DNA of 52,000 nt from Chlorokybus atmophyticus (taxonomy: Eukaryota > Plantae > Mesostigma and Chlorokybus algae). Below are positions 45,481-52,000 of the stretch, piece by piece (position 1 is the stretch's first letter; each line of letters begins with the position of its first letter). The translations under genes and the position numbers were made by a program. The notes under the pieces were generated by a model that saw only the letters and a program-made list of their open reading frames with translations, searched no databases and was not told the DNA's origin. The stretch spans positions 1 to 52,000 of the forward strand of contig RHPI01003570.1 in NCBI GenBank assembly GCA_009103225.1. Direction: 5' to 3'.

Positions 45481-47344
45481 ATAGTGATAGATGGGCCGTG
45501 TATGCATTACTTTCGCACTTTACCTGGTTGGTCCTTGTAGACACGATGCACAAAGTTTGTAACATGACAGCAGTTATAAAGTTGTACACGCACATCGACT
45601 GCATACTTGATCTTATATCTTTTCTAACACTTAAAGTCTTGTATTTATGAAGCAGCAGCCAAACCCCTTGGCTGCTTATCACGGTGCTGGCGCTGTTGAC
45701 ACTAAATGCCCTAACCGCCGCTGCATTGCTGAACACTGCCGGTTATGTTGCAAGTGATACGTCAGGAAAGAATCGCATACTGGTGAGCATTTGCTGTATT
45801 CGATAGTTGAATGCCCTTTCATAGTGGTCCCCCCGTTTGCTGATAACTGGTAAACTTTCTGTCACTTCACGGTGCTGGCTGTTGTCCTCACCATTATCCA
45901 CCTCTCAAGGCTCACGGCTTACGAAACCGCTATCGATAAGCGAGCAGAGCGTGAGGCTGTTGCAACCATTGCAACGCTGTGACAGTCTTGGGTAGTATCC
46001 GTATCTAAGCCAGCTCTGCTTGTAAGTTGATAAGTGTAAACACCTCGCAGGGGGTGTCCTCGACTAAGTACCAATGAGAGTTAAATGGCGACGTCGGCTG
46101 ATGTCTTAATCAGATGATCAAGGTTGTCATGACTCCCACTGCCGGTCATGTAGTAAACTTTAAGTGGCCTTGCCACCAATTATTGTAAATTGAGCTGAGG
46201 TTATGTGTTTATGCCACTTGCAAGGACTTGTTTTAGACTTGAGTTTGCGATAACAACTTGCAATACCCTGTGCAAGGCCCAGTGCCGCAACCGGGTTACC
46301 AGTCCGTAGCCCTCATTTGACCGCATACACGTCTTTGACCTTAGCAAGCGTCACTCCCCCTTTTTCAGGTACAGCTGCCAGCCAACTTGCACTCGCTTTG
46401 CGTGCATTGGTCACTAACTCGCTTCAGTTGATACATCATAGCTGAAGTCATTCCGCACCCCCAAACAAAAATGGCAAGTGCTCGGCAGACACCGGAAACA
46501 CCGGCTCGGCTGTTTTAGCCCTACAATTCTACAATGGAACATACTTTTCAGCTAAGTATCAGGGCGTTGTTCTTTGTGGACTATGCTGTGGGTGTGTTTA
46601 GGCAATGCTAAAGGACGCAAATGGCCAGCCAGACCATACCAGCATTGTGACGGTTATCGATGAGATCTCCGGTGTTAATATACAGTCTGCACCGGAAGGC
46701 GCAAGCATCCGGCTTGTATACAGTAAACTTATACGCAGGCTAGATTCATTGCATTAGCTATGGGGACGAATCAGTTTTGTACGCCGTGTTCACAACAGAT
46801 CAAGTGTGGAGTAAAACCTCACAAGATCATTCAACAGCTCACAATCTGCTGGGGCCCCACCCATCATTGCGTATGCATGGGACTTTAACGGAGATGGTGA
46901 GCATTGTTATTGCAATCCCGTGCTGTCATTTTCCACGCATTAAAGGTGCTTATGCTTAACCACTGCAGGTGTTGTAGAGTCTCCCGAAGAGTTGCCAACA
47001 TACATATACACCGCTACGGGCGAATGTGAAGCCTGCCTAACCATACACAGTGGCAGCGAAATCGCCACTACTACATAGAGGATAGCCTTCTGAAATCTGC
47101 AGCCGATCTGCCCGTTGCAGAGATAACTTCGCCGACTATCGGAGACTCTTTTACAGTCAATCAAGCGTTTGTGACAAGAGGACAAGTGGGACCGGCGAAT
47201 CCGCGAGAACTTGCGCATGTGTGTGCTCGTGAGTGCTCACGTGTGCATCTTTGTGCTTGTGGTCAATCTGAGGTGTTACACACTGCATTTGCAGAACAAC
47301 AATTGCATGCACGCTTTAATACGTGCACTCTTGCGTTTATGTCC

Positions 47345-47790
47345 TCAGTTGCTGCAGCTCTAAGATTTCATGTGTGTTTACGAGACGGTTTATGGGGTTT
47401 TTCTCGAGTAACCCGAAGTTAGGCCGCATCAGTTACTACAGCTGAAAGATTTCAGCTGTGTGTTACGTGACAAGATAGGGTGTTTCCCTTTGGTAACCTC
47501 ATGTTATGCCGCGTGGGCTGTTGCAGCTCCAAGATCTCATGTTTGTTATATGACAAGCAAGGGTGACCCTCTCTTACAGCCCCATCATAGGCCGCCTTGG
47601 TTACTGCAACTCTAAGACCTCAATTGCGTGTTGTGTAATTGAATAGGGATAGCTGCCAAAACGACCCCATGTTAGTTGCCTCAGGTACTGCAGGTCTAAG
47701 AATCTTAGATGTGTGTCGTATATCAAGATAGAGCGTTCCGCTCTAATAACCCCACGCTGAACGCCTAAAGTTTTACGGCTTCAAGATTTT
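47345..47790. repeat. Degenerate tandem repeat of about 84 bp, about 5.5 copies
   Basis: The core TCAGTTACTGCAGCTCTAAGATTTCA-like motif recurs near 47345, 47429, 47514, 47597, 47681 and 47766. Confidence 0.75.
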
Positions 47791-48270
47791 AAATTAATAT
47801 AGCACATGTGAGTTGTCGAACCGTAGGGAGTAGCATGCAAGGTCTTGCCTTGGGTCATAGAGTTCCCACACCCAAGCAACAGTAACACTTACATGCAAGT
47901 TGATAAAGCTCTTGTATGTTGTAGATCTTGGAGCTTCCTCATTCTATGTGTTCACATGCAGAAGTTCCCGCATGAGGTAGTACTGTGTTAATAAAATGTG
48001 TACTTTGAATGCTTCCATCCAATTCGCTCATGTCACAACAACACCATCAATGAAGTCTCTCATATGTTGCACATATTTAAGCTCCTTGACTTTGACACTA
48101 CCATACCACGCGCATATCACATACAAAAGTGGTTACTTCATTTCAAATAGATATACCGATTGAACACGCACGCACATACATATCAATACATGCGTAAGCA
48201 CACGCAGCTCTTTTTGTGTGCTAAAGTTTACGCCATAGACATTAGCATAGAAAACTGCAAGCATGTGCAT

Positions 48271-48920
48271 TGTCATGCCATCTACCCTCGCATGCCAGTC
48301 CTTCTCGAGCATGCCTACACCCAGCCCCACGCCCGGGCTACCAGCATGAAGACCGCGCGAGCCCCAGCCTACTGCTAGCTACTGTACCGCTCATGTAGCA
48401 TGTAGCTAGGGCTACTTTATTGACCTGTCTGTAGGGACCGCGCGTAGCTGATCATTTGTACGTCTGTAAATAACACATGTGCTATATCGAGTCTTAGGAG
48501 ATTTCCGAAATAGCATAAGGCCTCGATGTGACCGTTGGCCTAGTGCCCGCGTGGCACTGCACAGTCATGATTTTACATGTATAAGTAGGAAGTCACGTCA
48601 CCAGACTGGCTGGTGACACTGTAAGTGAGTACTGTGAGTACTAGGAGTATTAAGAAGTAAAGACTCTGTTGCTAAAGAGCTTTTGAAGCGACTTGAACTG
48701 GAAGCACGCTGCCCCGGTTGCCAAGAATTCCCTTACTGCGTGAGACACGGTGCATGCTCTTGTGCGTTGTGCCTGTCATTGCTGTGAGCTTGACGGTGGT
48801 GTGTTGTTTCAGTAGTCAGGGTGTTGTATCCACGTGTTGCACACTCATTCACCTCACTTAACAGTGTATCATTCTATCCACTCATGCAAAGAACTGTGTC
48901 CACAGCATTACCTATCGTAG
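48271..48920 (+). repeat. Terminal repeat segment A, 5' copy, forming the left end of the element; segment B is absent apart from its first 13 nt
   Basis: About 97% identical to 3952-4601. Followed by TGGCTTGATGACT (12/13 match to the start of B) and then by sequence unrelated to B. Confidence 0.93.
48580..48585 (+). promoter_or_regulatory. Putative TATA box of the retrotransposon promoter
   Basis: TATAAG lies 31 nt upstream of the sequence complementary to the PBS and is conserved at 4261. Confidence 0.55.
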
Positions 48921-48930
48921 TGGCTTGATG

Positions 48931-48946
48931 ACTTACAGTGTCACCA
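48931..48946 (+). promoter_or_regulatory. Putative self-priming primer-binding site
   Basis: ACTTACAGTGTCACCA is the exact 16-nt reverse complement of TGGTGACACTGTAAGT at 48611-48626. No tRNA-iMet PBS (TGGTATCAGAGC) is present. Confidence 0.75.
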
Positions 48947-49134
48947 ACTTTGCACAAGTGAGTGTGTTGCAATCTGCATCAGATAGTGCAGTCTGCACCC
49001 AGGGATACATCGCTGGGCATTCGTTATCATTGTCATCACATAGTGCGCACAAGCACTAGTGTATTGGGTGGTAACAGCATCAGGATAGACGGTAGAGCAC
49101 AAGCACTCTACCCTTTCACCTCTGGACCAGCTGT

Positions 49135-52000
49135 ATGAGCAGGCCCACCCCGTTCTCCCCAATAGACGAGGGTGACCTCAGCAGTTGGAGCCCAACCACC
49201 AACCTCACCTACGAGCGGACCAGTGACGGGAGCATCGACCGCAGCAGCAGAGGCTCGCGCTCCATCTCCAGCTTCACCCCGCTCCACTCTACTCCTCGTC
49301 ATCAAGCTTCTCCACTATCATCGGACAGCGACGACAACGAGATGGAGTCTTCCAGCTCAACCACATCCCTGCGCTTCTCCGGACGTGCCGGCACCACCTC
49401 GCTGGATGAGTTCATCATCAAGTTCCACTCCAAGATGCGGCAGCAAGCTCTGAAGAACAAAGACTGGTCAGATGAGATCTCTTTCCACATTGCTGCTCAG
49501 TATCTTGATCATGAAGCACACGATGTCTGGAAGTCCGTTGCTGAACTGCATCGAGTAGACGGCTATGGCGAGCTTGCCAGCACCATAGCATCTGCATCCC
49601 TGCACCGTCCAACAGGTGTCGTTCCACCTGCCACTTCAGTTGCAGTAACAGGCTTGTCCATAGCTGCAGCTCTCAAGCAGGCAGAGGAGGAGGAACCAGA
49701 GTTGGTACTTGTCAACTTGACCCCTGCAGAAGTTGAGTCCAAGGAGGCCACACGTCGAGTCCGCATCCTTGACCGTTCTGCCATCATCATTGAGGAACAA
49801 AGAGCTGTACAGCAAGCGGCAGCCGCAGAGTGGGGTACTCCTCTACCTCCAGCAACACCTGGCTCTCGTGCAGGAGGCAGCGCTTTCACCCTCGGGTCAG
49901 TAGCACTGCGCGCACCAGCCATCACCGTAGGTGCTGCCATCTCTGATTCTCCACTCAAGGACCTGTACGCTGCCCTGCGCCGTACCTTCCCTCCTCAGAC
50001 CACCAGCAAGGTTGAGGAGCTGAGACGCTTCCGACGCAAGCCCAATGAGGATCCCCTCCGCTTGTACTCCAGACTGGAAGGTCTGCTGAAGGACACTGAC
50101 TACAAGATTGTCAGTGAGGAGGCTGCTGCAGTGATATACGTCAATGAGTTGGATGCTGCTCTGAGCGAGTCGACACGCCTGACTCTGAACTACAGCAGGC
50201 CCCTTGGCTACACCCTCAAAGAAGCCTTCGAGACTGCACAAGCCATCCACAAGCGCTTGGTGTATGAGAAGGCAGTGCTGGACACCAACCGCAGCGCCGC
50301 ACGGCCTGTAGTCAGCACGACAACTGAGCCTCCTCGCCGCGACCGTGGCCGGGACGCTCCACCAGCACGCGACAAAGGGAAACGGTCAGCTCATGCTGCA
50401 CTTGCTGCCCCTGTGCTGTGTCATCGCTGTGGACGGCATGGGCACTACCAAAAGGAGTGCACCGAAGAATACTCAACTTTGGTTTGCGACCACTGTCACA
50501 AGATTGGTCATCTGGAGTCAGTCTGCTGGCTCAAGTTCCCAGAGTTGAGGCCCGCCAACAGCTACAACCACCCTGCCAACAACTTCAGTGGCTACAACAG
50601 CAACAACACTGGAGGCCACACTGGCAACCACTTCAGTGGCTACAATAGCAACAACACTGGAGCCCACAACAGCAACAACGCTGGTGGCAGTAACAACAAC
50701 AACAACGCCAATGTTCGCATGGAAGAGCAAGGCTACAGGGGGAAGAACAGACCTCCTCAGCGTAAGGGACCAGAGACACGTCCGCGCGCTGCTGCTGTTG
50801 CCGCCAAGGCTTCAGCCAACCCACCAGCTAATGACCATATGGCAGCCCTCATGGCGCGTATGGCACGCTTGGAGGAAGACAAGGAGCAGGACTACCGCGC
50901 CTGCTACGCTGCCCGATGGGCGCTGATGGCTGCAAAACGCGAGAGAGACAGGAACACTCCGTCCCGCGTGCAACCATCACGACGAGCACGAGGGGAAGCT
51001 GCAACAACATCAGCAGGCACCTCCTTCGAAGCCACCAGTGGTGCTGCCTCCGCAGCAACAGCCACACCGGCTACAACGTCGACTCCACCAACGTCAGCGG
51101 CACCCACTCCAGTTGCACCACAACCTGGTACACCGATGGACACCGTGACACCGACACTGGTGAGCACAATGGCAACAGTCGCCATCTCTACTGAATCTGC
51201 ACCAGCGAGCGGTGCACTTCCCACTGCAGCAGTGCCTCTGTCCGCAGGCGTTGAGACAACTCTCGCACCACTGACCGGTACTGACGCAACTGCCACAATT
51301 GCCATCGTCGAGCCCGCTGTCTCTGCAGCGACGCGCGCAGCCACTTTGCCCGCTCTCGACGTCACTCAGGCTGTCCCAACTGGTCAGCGAGCTGAGCGAG
51401 CATGGGAGACCATCCTGCGCGGAGCAGACCCCACTACCATCGCCTTCGGTCGGGGGGGGGAGCGCACCACGCGTGTCGCCCGCGATGACCGCGTCTTCCC
51501 GCTANTACCAGAGGTTCACACCCTTCCAGCACTCACTCAACACCAATTGGAAGATGAGATCCTTGCTGGCACTGCACCTCCGATGCGTAACAGAATGTTC
51601 TTGATCAGCTACGCGCCACCTGTAGTGTTGGAGTTGGCCCTGCAGCTGTTCTGGGCGTTGCACAACAACATGCAGACCGCCCCGCACCAGCCTGCACGTA
51701 TGCCAACCACCACCTTTGAACCCAGCCCGCTGGACACGTATCGGGACCGCCGAGACACCGTCCAGCAGCGCATCGCCGACGCAGCCGACCTGCCTTTGGG
51801 CACTAATGAAGCACTCGGACCTCCTGCAACCGCTCGCCTTTATCAGCGCTACCACGGACTGGAACAAGCATATCATTGGCGACAGGATCAAGCTGCCGCC
51901 ATTGCTGCACGTGATCAAGCTCTTGAAGCTACGCGTGCACCAATACCTCAGTCACCAACTGCTGGTCCATCCTCCAGCACCACTCCGCTCTTCGTCGAGA
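49135..52000 (+). CDS. gag: Gag polyprotein, at least 955 aa, open to the window end (absent from the ORF track because it has no stop)
   Basis: ATG at 49135 follows a TAG at 49093, and frame +1 reads without a stop to 52000. Two CCHC knuckles: CHRCGRHGHYQKEC and CDHCHKIGHLESVC (about 50419-50526). Capsid-like LRRFRRKPNEDPLRLYSRL region. Confidence 0.92.
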   Translation, partial: MSRPTPFSPIDEGDLSSWSPTTNLTYERTSDGSIDRSSRGSRSISSFTPLHSTPRHQASPLSSDSDDNEMESSSSTTSLRFSGRAGTTSLDEFIIKFHSKMRQQALKNKDWSDEISFHIAAQYLDHEAHDVWKSVAELHRVDGYGELASTIASASLHRPTGVVPPATSVAVTGLSIAAALKQAEEEEPELVLVNLTPAEVESKEATRRVRILDRSAIIIEEQRAVQQAAAAEWGTPLPPATPGSRAGGSAFTLGSVALRAPAITVGAAISDSPLKDLYAALRRTFPPQTTSKVEELRRFRRKPNEDPLRLYSRLEGLLKDTDYKIVSEEAAAVIYVNELDAALSESTRLTLNYSRPLGYTLKEAFETAQAIHKRLVYEKAVLDTNRSAARPVVSTTTEPPRRDRGRDAPPARDKGKRSAHAALAAPVLCHRCGRHGHYQKECTEEYSTLVCDHCHKIGHLESVCWLKFPELRPANSYNHPANNFSGYNSNNTGGHTGNHFSGYNSNNTGAHNSNNAGGSNNNNNANVRMEEQGYRGKNRPPQRKGPETRPRAAAVAAKASANPPANDHMAALMARMARLEEDKEQDYRACYAARWALMAAKRERDRNTPSRVQPSRRARGEAATTSAGTSFEATSGAASAATATPATTSTPPTSAAPTPVAPQPGTPMDTVTPTLVSTMATVAISTESAPASGALPTAAVPLSAGVETTLAPLTGTDATATIAIVEPAVSAATRAATLPALDVTQAVPTGQRAERAWETILRGADPTTIAFGRGGERTTRVARDDRVFPLXPEVHTLPALTQHQLEDEILAGTAPPMRNRMFLISYAPPVVLELALQLFWALHNNMQTAPHQPARMPTTTFEPSPLDTYRDRRDTVQQRIADAADLPLGTNEALGPPATARLYQRYHGLEQAYHWRQDQAAAIAARDQALEATRAPIPQSPTAGPSSSTTPLFVE

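Larger units (their letters stand above)
48271..52000 (+). mobile_element. Second insertion of the same Ty3/gypsy family, 5' part (segment A, PBS, gag); runs off the window
   Basis: Similarity to 3952-4601 begins exactly at TGTCATGCC (48271) and is followed by a long gag frame. Confidence 0.93.

Noticed and set aside
45700-47218. Possible F-box/LRR (cysteine-containing) remnants on the minus strand
   Set aside because: Only scattered short resemblances (LIDCKRVSD, SKCSPVCD) across frames with many stops; too weak to annotate.
47345-47790. CRISPR-like repeat-spacer reading of the 84-bp array
   Set aside because: The variable halves are related to each other (GACAAGATAGGG-like), the repeats are not identical, there are no cas genes and the context is eukaryotic.
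3952-48920. Reading the two A repeats as the LTRs of one giant element carrying host genes
   Set aside because: pol lies outside on the left and gag outside on the right, the flanks differ (TCCTG after 4840, TGCAT before 48271), and the repeats are about 3% diverged. Two independent insertions explain it better.

Overview
Intron-rich eukaryotic DNA, most likely a streptophyte (charophyte) green alga; this is inferred from an RLK/Pelle-type kinase, a plant-type UBA1, a plant-type fatty alcohol oxidase and a hybrid histidine kinase. The host genes are UBA1 (23854-28929, +), a hybrid His kinase (-) and a long-chain alcohol oxidase (-), plus a small Tudor-domain gene, a kinase pseudogene and an unidentified spliced gene. 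Both ends of the window hold copies of one Ty3/gypsy family: a 3' end at 1-4840 (pol with a DNMT3-like C-terminal part, RT, RNase H, DDE integrase and PHD finger) and a 5' end at 48271-52000 (terminal repeat plus an open gag of at least 955 aa that the ORF track misses). The main finding is that this DDE-integrase element lacks ordinary LTRs. Its ends read A-[gag-pol]-PPT-B-gc-A-B, the split-direct-repeat layout typical of tyrosine-recombinase PAT/Ngaro elements. The B-gc-A junction is a palindromic CA-GC-TG double att site, the PBS looks self-priming (Tf1-like), and the predicted cDNA ends carry a 10-nt direct repeat. Together these suggest integration from a circular intermediate cut at an internal att junction. 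Caveat: the 5' and 3' ends come from two different insertions, each truncated by the window. Short segments next to N/poly-C gaps look like assembly artefacts.
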